Origin: Geosiphon pyriformis uo1
Taxonomy: Eukaryota; Fungi; Glomeromycota
Length of the DNA: 64,000 bases
Reading direction: 5' to 3'
NCBI GenBank assembly: GCA_016748015.1
Contig: JAAOMT010000602.1
Span: 62,001 to 126,000, forward strand
The first letter of the stretch is position 1. Each line of letters opens with the position of its first letter. The notes beneath the pieces were generated by a model. That model worked only from the letters and a program-made list of their open reading frames with translations. It made no database searches and was not told the origin of the DNA. The translations under genes were made by a program, and so were the position numbers. Shown one piece after another: positions 25,713-40,000 of the stretch.

Positions 25713-26925
25713 GTTATTATTATTAGACTTCTTTTTTTCAAACAATTTATTGTTTAGTAGATTATTCTTTCAATTAATTAACTTATTCTTCCAGCTAATA
25801 AATTTTATTTTTAAAATAGTTCAATTTATACTGCTGATCTTCGAAAGTTATTTACATGTAAAAGATATCTCAATTCTTCACTATATGAGAAAACTTCTCC
25901 GGGATATTTGCTTAAATTAAATGCGAATATTTTATGTCCTAATCAGTAAAAGTTAACCAGACGAGGTAAATTTTTTCTTGAGAAAAGTTGAGATCGTTAC
26001 AAACTTGAGGAAATTCTCATATGTATTTCATAGATTTCTTCAATGGGATACAGAATAAGATGCAACAATTCCTTTATTTGCAAGCGTGGCGAAATTAATT
26101 TCAAATTAAATAAATGGGTAAAATATCAATAAAAGCTCAAAAACTACAAAGCATTCTCTCGAGAAAAATTTCTGAACTCGTGATCACCATCGATAATATC
26201 TTGAGATCACAACATAATAATTTTGTGTAATAAAACGGTCAATTAAAAATTGAAAGAAAGGTTTTAAAAGTTTCATTTTTAGATTTTGCTATAATTTGCG
26301 TTTTTGGAAGGCTCTAGATATTTCGATTTGTTAACTTCTAAAATTTTATTTTATAGAAGTGATTTTTGATCTAAAAAATATTTTGAAATCACCGATTTGG
26401 AATTTAGTTTCCCACATTTTGCTTTCTCAGCAAGCAGGTATTGGCCTAATATCTCTTAGATAATGATGAAATAGTAATTTTTGTAACCCCAAAACGGGTT
26501 TTTGAGGTTTATTTGACTTGAATTTTTAAATTCAAGGACCCATATTTGGCTACTGAGTATTTTTCAGGAGGAAATAAAAGTTCCAAATTGTCAGAGCTTC
26601 TTAAACATGATTTTTGTTTATCTTTTAGGAACTCTAACTAAATTTTGAGAGATCAAAAACTTTTCAAAAACGAGGAACTCTCTATTAACTTGCCATCTTT
26701 AATCTTGTGTAGAGAAATGAGTACCAATGGGATTCAGAGGAAAATTTTATTTAATGAGAGATGTATCACGAGCAAAAAATTCTTGCTTCTGGCTAGCAAA
26801 AAATTCTAGCCTGAAAAATTTAGCCCTGAATTTTGGAGTTTTAAAATTTTTTTGTTATCAACAAATAATTGATGTACAATGGGGGATACGAAAAGGCATG
26901 CAAATGTAATTATAAACGGGAACAA

Positions 26926-27040
26926 TAAACAGGAACAAAAGGTAGTTATAAACAGGAAGAAAAAGTATTTGTAAACAGGAACAAAAGGTAGTTATAAACA
27001 GGAAGAAAAAGTAATTTTAAAAAGGAACAAAAGCTAAATT
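26926..27040. repeat. 23-bp minisatellite, 5 units in ABABA' order
   Basis: A=taaacaggaacaaaaggtagtta, B=taaacaggaagaaaaagtatttg. Confidence 0.85.
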
Positions 27041-30000
27041 ATCTTAAAAATTTAAGAGCACTAACATGACACATTTTGTTTGTTCCATCAGGCAAACAAA
27101 AATTTGCAGCACTAAAAATTGCGTAATTACAAATAAATCAGTTGATTAAGCCTAAACTTGAGATATGCAGAACTTTGTGATAATATATAGCGTCATTTCA
27201 TTATTTTGAATAATTAAGATTTTTAAAGTAGAGAGAATATTTAGTAGGTAAATTTATGTTTGGATGGTGCTCTTCAATTTTTTTAGCTTATTAAAAAATG
27301 TTGGGAAGATCAATGACATTTAATGAAAACTATGATCATCAGTAATGAATTATTCCGCATGTAACATTTTAATTCATTGCAACTGTATACCTGAAAAAAG
27401 ACAGTTTCTGTGATTTAATTTAGAGAGGGAGAAATCGAGTTTCATTAGTTCCAAAAAAAAAAACAAAGTTTCTACTATCGCAACAAAAAAGATGATTAAA
27501 GAATTATCTAACCTCTTACAATGTACAAAAGGTGCTGACAAAAATTCGAGAGTAAAAAAATCAATGATGACTAAAACTATGTCGAAAAGGTATAAAAATC
27601 CATTTGATTATTTGTTGAAAAAACCTTGCCAAAAATCAGCGGCGATTTTTGGTCACCTCGTTTTTATCGTATTGTCCTTTCGGTTAATAATGTTAATGTT
27701 AATGTTAATGTTAATATGTTTTTTATTTTATAATCTAATGTTATTTTTATTATTCTCAAGAGATAAACTAATTCTAAATCAATTTTTAACGAAATAAATC
27801 TAGGGAAGTATAAAGTCCAACACGTGTCTTTCGAAGCATGTGCCATATTCGAAATAGATCATCACGCGACATGAAACTCGCATTATAAAATCTTTGAAGA
27901 AAGATAAATATTAATTGAGTTGTGTCTCGGAAAATCGAGACATTTTATCAGAGGATCACTCGTCATGTTCATGAAACATGTATCTTTTGAACAAATTTGC
28001 TTCGTCAAGGGTTTATATTGTGATGATTCCAATTCCAATTCCAAATTCAAAGAAACATGGCTATTGGGAGTTTTCTTTATCAAAAATTTGTTTTAACGTG
28101 AGAAAATTCAGGATATTGCCTTAGATCACGTAGCAGTATTAACATTTCCTTGAGGATTGAAAGAAAAAATATTTTTTATAAATTTTCTCTTAATGACGTT
28201 GAAAAACTTTTTTGGATCAATTCTCCTTTTTTTTTTTTTTCAATTAATTCGATTATCATTCTTGGTTTTTTCTAGAATCTACCACTGAAAAGGACATTTT
28301 AAGATATTTTTTTCTTTCTCTTAGATTTTATTTTTGAGTTTATCAAATCTTCGAATTTTTTCCTTCGATTTGTTTCTCATGGGAACCATTCTTTATTATG
28401 AAATTATGCAATAATGAGCGAGTGAATTATAAGATTTCTAAAACAAGCATATCAAATTTACTAAAAATAAACCTAAGTTTTGAATGGTAGATCTATCAAC
28501 TTAATTTCTATATTATGAGTGAAATTAATGCATGTAATTATGAAGACAGGATTAAGGGATTTCCTAAACTGCTAATAAATTCTTTGACTCGGGAAGGTAA
28601 TCGAGTTAATTTATGCATATGATAGAAAAATTTACATTACATCATTATCCCAATTTAAAGCCAAAGAAATTGAGAGGTTAAATTCTAATCAAGAAAAATG
28701 ATGGGTGGCACCAATTTCTGAACATGATACGGTACCTGTAATCTGTCATACTTTAAAAAATTTTAAACAAAAACGTTTTATTACTTAGTATAATACTTTT
28801 AAACTAGTTATCTATTTGTCTTTACAAAAATCAAGTTGAAAAAAGAAATTTGAAAACTTAAATTAATAGAAAATTTAGGAGGCCTTTCCTGTGTAAGATA
28901 ACCTTTTGATTTCTTTTACAAGATTATAAGATTATCGCTTAACTCATTAAAAATCACGAGAATTTTCAATTTCTACAGTTATTACAATTTTATTCTGATA
29001 TTGTCCTTTTCGTTTAAGTTCGTAAAAATTTTAAAAACTAAAAACCTGCTCAAAGTCACCAGATTACGAAATATATTTTTGATCTAAACAAAATATTAAT
29101 TAGTAAACAAAGTTTATCTATTAAAATTCTTCCTCATCTTTAGTGCGTCCAAAATATTGAGCTTTTTGTATTCAAAAATATGTGTACATATTCTCTAGGC
29201 CCCTAACAATAAGCTTGCTAAACCTCAAATTTAATTTTGAAAAGCTTTGTTTATCATTACAATACCCACGAGAGGATAATGCGTCAAAGGTTTTAAATTT
29301 AATTCATTTTTAATTTACAGCCCTGGAACATGATTGGTTCAGATTTTCAACAAAATATTACCGTTTGGTCGGATCCCAGATTGATTGAATTATTCAAGCC
29401 TTCAGGAGTAAATTGAAATTGAAATTGAAATTAAAATTAAAATTAAAATTTGTGTTTGGTCATCTACTAATGTATCATAACGCAATCAAGTTTATTTATC
29501 GTTAATTTGAAAGAAGCTTTTGGCAAATACCCCAATGGTTAAAAATTTGAAACTCACCGATCTTAGACGATTTATCAATAGTTTATGTGGTGTGATATTC
29601 TTAGGTTTACAAACAAATTCTCATCATTATTATTTACCAAGATACTTTGAGGTACATATTATCACAACACCTTTTGATGCTGATGGATAATATCTATTGT
29701 ACGCGTAATTCGCATACATTTATTGAGTTCTTACACAATTTGATGCATTTCATCTTAGCTTATATATATATTGACGTTTTTGGAAAAACTTCAAATCTTA
29801 TTTAATCTCACAAAAGTTTTTACATAATAATATTTATCTTGAATTCAAAAAAGGAGAAACCTGTTAAAATATTTGAACTAAAATTCAAGGTCTTAATCAG
29901 TTATCTTTGGATAAGGAGCCACTTTTATGCATTTTATTTGCCAACAATAATATATTAAAATGTATTGATATTCTAGAAAATTACCATAGTAAGGTAGCGA

Positions 30001-30382
30001 TCAAGTTCAGGGCAAAAATGATCTCTTATTTGGCTTCTTGGCATTTTCCATTTGTAATAAGTTTTTAATCTCAAAGCCATAGAAAATTTAGGGAACTCGA
30101 AATGATAAATTTTCTTTTAAAGATCATTTTTTTTTGTTCAAACTTGCTATTTTGCTTCATGTTAATAACTAATCCGACCAATTTGTTTATTTATTCTTTT
30201 GATCCATAGCAGCAAAATCATTGCAGCAAAATCTTTGCATCGATAACTTCAAAATTGGATTAAATATTTATTGTACAAAGACAAATTTTAACATTAAGAT
30301 ATTTCTGTTATTTCAAAAGTAAAATATAATACAGATAAAAGTTTTGACTTCAAATTTTTCCAGAAAAAAAGGAATTAAATGT

Positions 30383-31399
30383 TCATAGAAAATGAGGAAA
30401 AAACATGGTTTGAGAAAAATTTTGTGAATAACAAAAATTTTGTTCGGTAAAGGGGAGTGTGAATTGATTAGAAGGATATGATGGAGTTTCAAAATTGAAC
30501 AAAGATGGCGCTATTTGACATGCCGTGGTATCATTAAATAGATTTAAAAGAAAAGATTGTTCTTGCGGAGTTGTCGGCTGACTAAAATCTGCACATGAAG
30601 ACATTGATGATCTTCTTGTGTCGTAAATTCCATTATTAACATCATCTCTTTGTGCAGAAAAAGACGAATAAAGGTAAGAAGACTTTTGATCAATATTATT
30701 TTCTGTTTCTAATATTTGGTCAGATATTTGATCATTTGACCATGAAATGTCCTTGCCAGAATCAATATTAATACCGATAGAAGAATCATGAAATTCCTCA
30801 GTAAAATTAAAATTTTGTGAATCGTATTTAATCGAAGAACGATTCCCTATTTCATAGTACACACTAGATAAATTATTAGATATTTTTTCCACTCCCATAT
30901 CTTGAATATCGCGACGATCTTCCTCATGTTTGACCTGAATTGAGGGTGGTGAAGAGATTTGCAGATCTGATTGATGATACGTGTACAAAGACCATTGTTG
31001 TTCCTCCTGGGTTTTTAATCCCAATTTTGCTTCATTAAGCAGCCTGGTAGCCTCGTTGGCAATCCGAGTATATTCTGCTTTTAAAGAGTCTGGCTCAGTT
31101 TTCCATTTTTTTGAAATGATTGGTGAAAGGATTTTCATCGGAAGGTAATGACCTTTTGAGTTAAGTTCTTTAACATAGGCACTACGATAGATTATAAAAT
31201 TATTTGGGGCCTTTGTTGGAACTTTTCGTCCTTTCTTACGCGTAAAAACTTCAATTCCAGTGATCTTTGGGGGGAAAGGTAAGGGAAACATATTTAAATT
31301 TATAGAAATTTGTTTGGGAGAAATAGGCTTTTTTGTCTTGGATAATTTTGATATTATCTCTTTTTCATAGAATTGAAGTTTTTCAAGATTTTTTGGCAT
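30383..31399 (-). CDS. MATA-type HMG-box transcription factor (338 aa, intronless)
   Basis: KAPNNFIIYRSAYVKEL...LSPIISKKWKTEPDSLKAEYTRIANEA fits the HMG box; Ser/acidic disordered C-terminus. Confidence 0.9.
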   Translation of the reverse strand: MPKNLEKLQFYEKEIISKLSKTKKPISPKQISINLNMFPLPFPPKITGIEVFTRKKGRKVPTKAPNNFIIYRSAYVKELNSKGHYLPMKILSPIISKKWKTEPDSLKAEYTRIANEATRLLNEAKLGLKTQEEQQWSLYTYHQSDLQISSPPSIQVKHEEDRRDIQDMGVEKISNNLSSVYYEIGNRSSIKYDSQNFNFTEEFHDSSIGINIDSGKDISWSNDQISDQILETENNIDQKSSYLYSSFSAQRDDVNNGIYDTRRSSMSSCADFSQPTTPQEQSFLLNLFNDTTACQIAPSLFNFETPSYPSNQFTLPFTEQNFCYSQNFSQTMFFPHFL

Positions 31400-34300
31400 T
31401 ATGAAATTTTTTTGAAGGAAGAAATGATTTTTTTTTTTTAAAAAAAGAAAGTTTGAGCTATGAAACTCCTCATATAACGTTTTTCAAGAAATCAAGTCCT
31501 TTTAAAGGTTTGATTCTGAGCCTCTTTTCACAATGTTACTTGGGTCCATTTTCCAAACCCTCAATTGATTAATTAATTAATTAATTAATTAATTTATTGA
31601 TTCATTGATTAATTGATTCATTGATTCATTAAATCGCCCGATTATATGCTTTTTATTTGAATTTCTATATATAAAATTGAGAATTAAAATAGAAATTTCG
31701 TCATTTTTACCCCAAAATATGCATAAAATATGCAAGTCCCTTCTGTAGTAATGACAAGTTTACAAGGCTAGGGCAAGGCCAGTTTCTCTCATGAGATCAA
31801 GAAAAGTTTCAAGTTTTTGAGTGAAACCTTCTATCAATTTTTGATTTATCTCGCTTAAGATGGCAAAGAGTTTCGTAATCTACGAACTTTTATAAACCAA
31901 TTAAAATAGAAGTGGGGGGCTTTCGCTTTTAAATATTTCCTTCTTTGACTTCCCGATGCAAGACGAGTGATGAATTGAAGAAAAAATTTTCTCACCATAC
32001 TAATAATATATGATCACTAAAATCTATAATTAAGTTTATAAATAATAGTACAAGAAGTTTAGGATTTCACCAAATACGATCAACAATGCAGAAATAGGAA
32101 GCAGGGAAAACTTCTACTTTGTTCTTTGCCTATCAATTCGATTTCTTAAACTGAAATTTTAAAGGGTATTATTTTAAATCTTTTAAATAATAAAATTTTT
32201 TTTAAACTAAACAATAAATTTGTTATTTAAAAAGTATCATGAACCTTTTTGCTTTAATTGTAATTTGTTATTTTTAGAGTACTTGAATAAAAAGTATTTT
32301 GTTTTATATATATGGAGGCATTGTTCAAAAATCACGCCTTCAAATAGATCTTGAATTGGATACATGAACAATGTATTAATAAATTTTTTCTTGGCACAGT
32401 TAATATCAATCGCTTTTTTTTATATGTGTCTAAAAGTAAAATTCCAATTATGGTTATGAAATAAAATTTTCTTTGTATTTGGATTTTAGAATTTACATCA
32501 CACACATTTTTCCTGATAAGCAAATTTGAGTAAAAATTCCAAGATTTTGAATGATGTTGTGTCTATTCAGCTGCTCAAACTTGTATATTATTCTATCCAT
32601 GATTATGTCAAATATCATGAAATATTCTCCCCAAATTTTTTGGAGAAAATATGTATCATCCAAAAGTCCTGAGAATAATAATAATAATTCATGTTAAATG
32701 AGTAATTCTTATTGGCTCTCATTTTTTTTGTTTGCACTTTTTTGTGCTAATTTAGTTATGTTTTTTTAATTTCCCTCAAAGCAGATCTACGTTATTGTGC
32801 ATGACAGAAGTACTATATTTGGTAGATTGTCTCCTTTGTGCAAAAAACAAAAAAGATCTTAATTCCCAGAATAAGTTAGGTAAAAAAATTTGAATTATTA
32901 ATATGGTTGTGTTTCTTTTATTATTTGATTTAGATCGACCTTTGTGTTCCGAAAAGAAGGGTTCGAATGCCTGGGAAACTTAATCGAAAAGTTTTCATGT
33001 ATATATAAGAGTTGAAAATTATAATATCTAATTTTTCCATAAAATGCTTTTAAAACTTTTAAATTTTACTATAGATGAGTTTGTTTAATAAAAAATTCAC
33101 ACAGGAACGAATATAAGTAAAAAATATGCAACATACAGGTATACTTTTATTCAGTATTTTTGAATTTATTTAATGAATGAGTCGAAGTTTAGCATAAACA
33201 TAACTCTTATGTTAATGCTATTTCTTATCAACATGGGAACCTTGCCATTCCGTACTCCTAATCGATCGACCTCGCATGCATTGTTGCCAAAGGGTTACAA
33301 AAATCTTTGAAAATAAATCATCTTTACCTCTATGATTTTATCTGCACATATTTGGCCATATGATACAATTATTTGCTTAGTTTGAAAAATAATCAATGAT
33401 ATAATTTTACAGACAGCTGCAGCAAAGTTCTTTATGAAAAAGTTTGGCCTTTTTGGAAACTTTTCAATGGATGTACCTTCACAGCAGCTTTGTGTTTCCC
33501 TTCACAACATCCACTTCACCCTTTCTTTTTCAAAGAATTCGAGGAAAAGATCTGCCTACTTCTCCGGTTTGTTATATAAATCCTTGAATTATACTTGCGC
33601 ATTTCAATGCATGAAAATTGTATCTATTTCTCAAAAATATGGCGCCAAAATTTGGCTAAATAAAGTTTCACTTAAAAATTAAGGAGGAGGTTCTTACATT
33701 CTGCACAGGACTCCTGTGATTTTGATTCTGCTTAAAATTTTCAAAAAATTCTTTATTAAGTCAAATTTTCGACACAACCATTGGATCACGAAAGTAAAAT
33801 TTTTGAAAGCAATTGTAACATATTTTTTTTCAGAACTAAATCGAAAATTTTATATAAAAAATTAAATATTTTAACTTGACCAATTATTTCCCTGTATTCT
33901 AGTGAATTTTCTAGCAAAAATCTAAGCAGAAATGGTAAGCCTGAATAGTCTTTGTCAACTGTTCTTTTCTAAGATGGCCCAAAAAATAGGAAGGTATGTC
34001 TGAAATATAAAATAAGAGCATTTTTGGAATAGCTTCGAATTCTAAATAATAATTCAAAAATTAAACCATCTTGTATTGATATATTCTTTATTTTAAACAT
34101 AAAAATTATAAAGAGAATTTTAACTAGCTGGCAAATTGTTTTAATACAAAATATTTTGATCAAAATATATATATCAATTCTTTGTAATATCGGGATTGGG
34201 ACTAGCCAGAATTTAAGCAAAAATCTCATGAGGTCTTATCTTTTTCTTTATTTTACCAATGACTTTTAGAAAAGTCAAATAATTACATTCTAAAGATATA

Positions 34301-34857
34301 TTTCGAGTATTTAATAAGCTGACCAAAGATTATTTGACTTGGTTTTTAATTTGAGACTGAAGGATAATATATAAAAACGCAACCCCTTTATGTAAAAATT
34401 AAAAATTATTTTAATTTAAGCTAAAGCGATCTATTTAATGTTGAATATTTCTAACCTAGTTTCCAGACCAGATTAAAGTGTCTCTTGTGAATTAAAGTAT
34501 CAAATTTGCCTATTAAAAAATCCTCAAATACAAGGCTATTGATTTTAATCAAAGAAGAATGGAATGCCAAAAGAATTTATTATTATTATTTGAGCTAATG
34601 TATTCAAAGATATTTAGAACATTATTTGGTAGTTTCTCATTAAATTTTCAGAATTAAGCTGTGAATGAATTCTCTCAAAATTTTTTAATATCAAAGGACT
34701 TTTTTAAAGATGTGAAAATTTAAATATGTAATTTTTGGTTTTATTGCAGCTTAACACATAAATTTATGTTCTATATTTATGCCATATTTGGCGTAAAACA
34801 TTTGCACAACTCACTTGTGCATTTCTTTATTAATCGGCTTAAAGATGACGAATTAAA

Positions 34858-34898
34858 GTCATTACCAAAAATGTGAAATAGCAATTTTTGGTAATGAC
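34858..34898. repeat. Perfect 15-bp inverted repeat with 11-bp spacer
   Basis: gtcattaccaaaaat-gtgaaatagca-atttttggtaatgac. Confidence 0.85.
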
Positions 34899-35939
34899 AT
34901 TTAGAAATTTATACTTTGAAAAATGTCTTAAAAAAGTTTTGTCCAAATAAAGGATGATGAATTTTCTAGATTCTAATACTTTTATTAAATTCACTGGAAA
35001 GTCTTAGTTTTTAAGATAAAGTAAAATATTTATCCAAGTTCAAATTATTTTAATAACTTTTAACAAGCCATTTCCATCATCACTTGATATTGAATTCTCT
35101 CTCCAATATTCAAGTAAGAAATATTCAGCTCAAGATAATTGGTGTTCAATTTGTGTATATCTAATTCGTATGTCTACTAAGTTTCAAATCCTGTGAATCA
35201 CATTTTCCAAATAAATATCAAATCTACATGAAAGAGTTATTTTTATTAAAATTCATATGATAATATTGGACATAATTTTTTATTTTTATTTAATATAATA
35301 TTTGAATAAATATAGATAACTTTTTATATTTTAACATAATTAATAAAACATAAAATTTTATTATATACATTAAATGAATACAATACAATTAATAAAAAAT
35401 GTGAATAATAATAATTAAGATTTGTTAAATAATTATTCATTAATAAAATTTTTATTAATTTTGTTAATTTTATATATTAATAAATTTATTAAATACAAAG
35501 TAAATTATTTGAAGGTGCAAGTTGATTTAGTTTTTTTCGAAAATGTTTTTTATTAAAAATAACTAAAAACCCTTATATGTAGTGTAAATTAATTGGGTAA
35601 TTTATTTAATAATTTTAAACCTATAGGAGCTTTTTAAAAGAAATGTTATTTATAAATGAATTTCTTGGCAAAAAATTTTTATCAATTATTACCATGCACT
35701 AACAAATATGACTGCATCTTTTACCTTAAAAAAATTTAAACAAACTCAAACTTTTTATAAATATATTGATCTTTATTTCTTGGAATAGAGTACATAAATT
35801 TTTTGGTTTACATAAATACTTAAGCTAAAAATGATGCTCATAGAAGTTTCTTGATTGATAGATATTTTTTTTTCTATGCCTAATCTTATTTTCGCAGCAT
35901 AGTTACGTTCAAATAATTCAAAATATAAAAGAAATTTAA

Positions 35940-37072
35940 CTAAGAGATCGGTTCAACTTTTTTTCTTCCGAAAACTCTATATTGTTTCATGAGAGTAACA
36001 TTGTGATGAGCCTCAATTTCCATTACCTCAACCAAAGCATTATAATGTTCCGTTGAAATATTCATAAATTCCCTCACAAATGGACCACCAGATCGTAAAC
36101 CATTAACAGCAAATCGCAAGCTCTAAGAACAGTAAAATTCAATTAGTGTGCAAGAAGTACTCTTTCAAAAGTGTGAAATATATTTTTTTTTTACCTCTTC
36201 CCCTACTTTTCCACCCTTTTCTCCAAGTCGAATTGTGATTGATTTATTCCTTATTTCAGAAAATCCGCCCGTCTTTTCGAAAATTTCCGGCAACTCTTGA
36301 CCAATTTTTGGATTGAGTCCTTTCGATCTCAACATTTCAGATACTATAAATTTTGCAAAGATAAATGACTTATTTTCAAGCAATCAGTTTTCAAAAACTA
36401 GCCCCATCTATTTTTACACTTACAGCTTTTCCCGAGACGCTGGGTAGCATCTCCTTCACTTGGCCACTCTGTATCAGTTTCAACTGATTCAATCCAACCA
36501 CCTGGACGGGTGACGCGCAACAATTCCTGGATGACTTGATTTCTCCATTGTTCTTGTTTAAATCCACCCACTAAATATCGTTGATGAACAAAATCAAAAC
36601 TTGAATTTGCCATGGTAAGTCCATCCAAAAGATTATATTGAATGAATTCAACATTTCCTGGAATATCTGTTTTTGGGAAAACCGGAGAAATATCGATCGC
36701 AGTGAAACTAGATCTTGGATAAGTTTTTGCCATATCAATTATCCAAGTTCCTGGCCCACATCTTTAAAAAAGAATTTATTATTATTTTTTCGACTATTCA
36801 GCAGTAAAATAAATTTTGAAAATTTACCCTATTTCTAAAACAGAAGCACCCTTCCTTAAAATTTCATCAACAGGTGATTGAAAATTTCCGTCCCAGATTT
36901 CTTTTAAAGCAAAATGATACCGTTGTAATCGGTAAATCTCTGGCTCATCGTTTGCAAGTTTATACTCGGAATTTTGAAGATTATGATATCGCCTTCCGTC
37001 AACTACACGATATTGAGGCCTTTGATATTCTACTCGATTTACACGTCTTGAACAGCTGAAGCATAAGCCCAT
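35940..37072 (-). CDS. Class I SAM-dependent methyltransferase, LaeA/TAM-like (paralog A); exons 37072-36828, 36761-36424, 36343-36195, 36122-35940
   Basis: Three GT-AG introns give one open frame; DGRRYH, YKLANDEPEIYRL, VLEIGCGPGTW, AIDIS, FDFVHQR, RVTRPGGWIE. Confidence 0.92.
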
Positions 37073-40000
37073 TTCTAACTAAATGAAAAGATAATTGAAA
37101 ATGGATAATGTTAATCTTTGGTCTTTATTTTGTTTTAAGATTTAATTGGTGAAACATAAATGACAGCATACCAACAACAGCCCTTTGAAATTCTCTTTCT
37201 GTTTACGGGTTTTTTATCAATCGTATGCAGTACACTAAACAATGTTTTAATTTGCACAACAATTTGAATCTTGGATAAGCTTTGGTTTGATAATGTGTTA
37301 GGTTGCTCTCAAACATAGTTTCCTAAAATAACAGGAATATGATTGATTAAAAAAAAAATTAAAATATTTTTATGTAACCATCATATTATCCTCCATTTAC
37401 AATTGAACCAATCGCAAATTTTAGATGCAACACCTTATATTCGATACAGTTTTTGGGCTCGGCAGATCAAAACTTTCACAAAAAATGGGAAACGACACTT
37501 TGATCAGTTATTCATATCTACAATATTCATCATAAAATATAAACATAAGAATCATTCTATTTAAGCAATTTTCATGCTGACATTTACTTTTACTCTCTTC
37601 TAATTGGATTAAAGAAAAATTTTTACAAAAAAATTATTAACTTGAATAATTATAGTATAAAATATTTAACTTGTTCTTTTAAATTCCAAATTTATTAGAT
37701 TCGAAGATTCCTTGCAGTTTTTAAAAAAAATTATTTAAACGATTAAAATTATTTATTTAAGTAAGCTAAAACGTTTTATAATCTAATATATTAGCCAACA
37801 TGTTATCAATTAAATTAGATCATTACTCATAAAATTTTAATCAAACATAAAATAAATTATTCATTTTTAAAGTCAAAATTAATTGTCAATTACAATCAAT
37901 TACATTTTTACTTTTTCCAGTAAGAATTTTCTTGAATTTTATAATCAAATTTTGTTTAAATGTTTTATTCAAGAAAAAAAAACCCCCTATGATTTTTAAA
38001 TATATATTATTTTAAAGAAATTTTTTAAAATGAAATACCATAAATAAATAGACTTGAAAATTTTAATTTTTGATAAAAATTATTTTGAAAAAAAAAATTT
38101 TTAATTAATCTTTATGAGAGTGTGGTCTTGATAAGTTTCAAATTAACGTGACCTTAATAATGAACGCAAAAACATGATAATATAAGTTTAGATGAATAAA
38201 TTTGATATTTTAAAACGAATTATTTTGTTTTTAACATTATAAAAAGTTCGGCATAGTATATTCGTAATATAAAATGATAAAAGATTTAAAAAAGGGCTGG
38301 GGAGAAAATTATTATTTTATTGAAAAAATAACATTATAACAAAGTAGCCTTTTTCCCAATAATATGTATTATTATTATAAAAAAATACAAATTTTTAAAC
38401 CCTTACTCCAATTCTTGTCAGATGCGAGTAAACACAATACCAATTTATGATTGCTTGCCAGATCCTAAACAAAAATCAGCCCCCATTGCCAATCTCCAAC
38501 CATATTTCATCAAACAATAAATTCAATTCCTGTTTGATCAATTGATAAATATACAATCAATCATGACAAAATTTAGATTAGTATGATAGGCGGAAAAATT
38601 TACCATATTTAACCCATGATAGGGATTGAATGCCGTATTCTTATAATGTTTTTTATAGGTCTGGTTTTGTCTAGCGTTTCATTTTTCAGTACATTTTAAG
38701 CCCGAGGTTAACACTAATGTGATTAGAGTCGCCAACGGAACAAGCAAAAAGCTATTCTCAATTCGAGATATTCATGTTAACCCAATTTTGGAAATGTGCA
38801 AATTAAGAAACACCGGGTTTTTAACATTTTTGATGACAATACTTTTAGAGGTTTTACAAGCAATCATCTTATAAAATCTTATATATAAAAAAAAATTGAA
38901 AACTTAAATTTAGGGGTAAAACCATAAAGTTGCATGTTTATACCAATCGTCAATCTTCAAACGGGTAACGAATGTTTTGACGAGTAAAAATTTATGACGA
39001 AAATAATCCCGCAGACCTTTGGAAAAAGGCCAGTGAGCGAACATAGATAAATGGAATGTCTATCGGGGAAATAAAGTATAAAAATTACGAATCTTGAAAG
39101 GTAAATTGCTGAACAAGATGTCGAAGGAAATTTAATCGAAAATTTCCCATGTGGCAAGTTTTTTCAAAAATGATTACGTATCATCAAGAAAACAAACCCA
39201 TTTCGAAAGAAAGGCGTTCTTATAATGAACCGTATGAAATCTAAAAAAAAAATTATTTATTTGGCAACATATTTTTAATGTCTTTCTTTTATATTTTTTA
39301 CGAGTTATCATTCAATATCGTTTGATCTCATTCATTTTAAATACCTCTTTAATCCCGAACTTTCATAGATTCATTCGAATTGGATCACTTTTGATATGGC
39401 ATCGGTGTCGATGAGTTACTCGTAATGCCTGACGTCAGATGCCTGAAGGACATTTCTAAAAGATGACCACATTTTCCCTTAAAAATTTCTCCACTTTTAT
39501 AAAACATCTAGTTTTCAAAGAAAAAAATTATTTGGTTATAATTTGAACTCAAAAAGGACAATCTCAAAGACCCAGCATGCACATGGATGATTTCGATTGA
39601 TCATAATTGATTGTATCATGTAACATAGTCCGCTTATTCACATAAAGCGCATGTCTGCTCATGAGCAATCCCCAAAGCAATAAGATAAGACAGAAATCCA
39701 AAAGGCGTGCATATAATTTTGTTTATTGAATCACGTATCCAGAATTTTTCAATGAAGGTACCTGATTTATTGAAATCACTTGATACTTTCATCTTGATAT
39801 TATTTCTGTAATTAGGCATGGAAAACATAGTGAAATTAAGCCTAAAATGATAAAAAAGAAATTTATTTAGTGTTACGGGAATTATGTAGAAAAAGATTCA
39901 AAGTCTCGTCTCAACAGAATATTTGGTACAACCTTATGCACTCTTGTCATTTTTCAAGGTACCCCCAACTTTTATCTTATTAAAGATTTACGCGCTAAAG

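Noticed and set aside
3759-27040. CRISPR-like arrays at 3759-3905 and 26926-27040
   Set aside because: Contiguous tandem units without unique spacers, no cas genes, eukaryotic context
38480-38700. Intron-like gtaaat...actaat...aacag on the minus strand
   Set aside because: The spliced frame is short and lacks a start; cannot support a gene without RNA data
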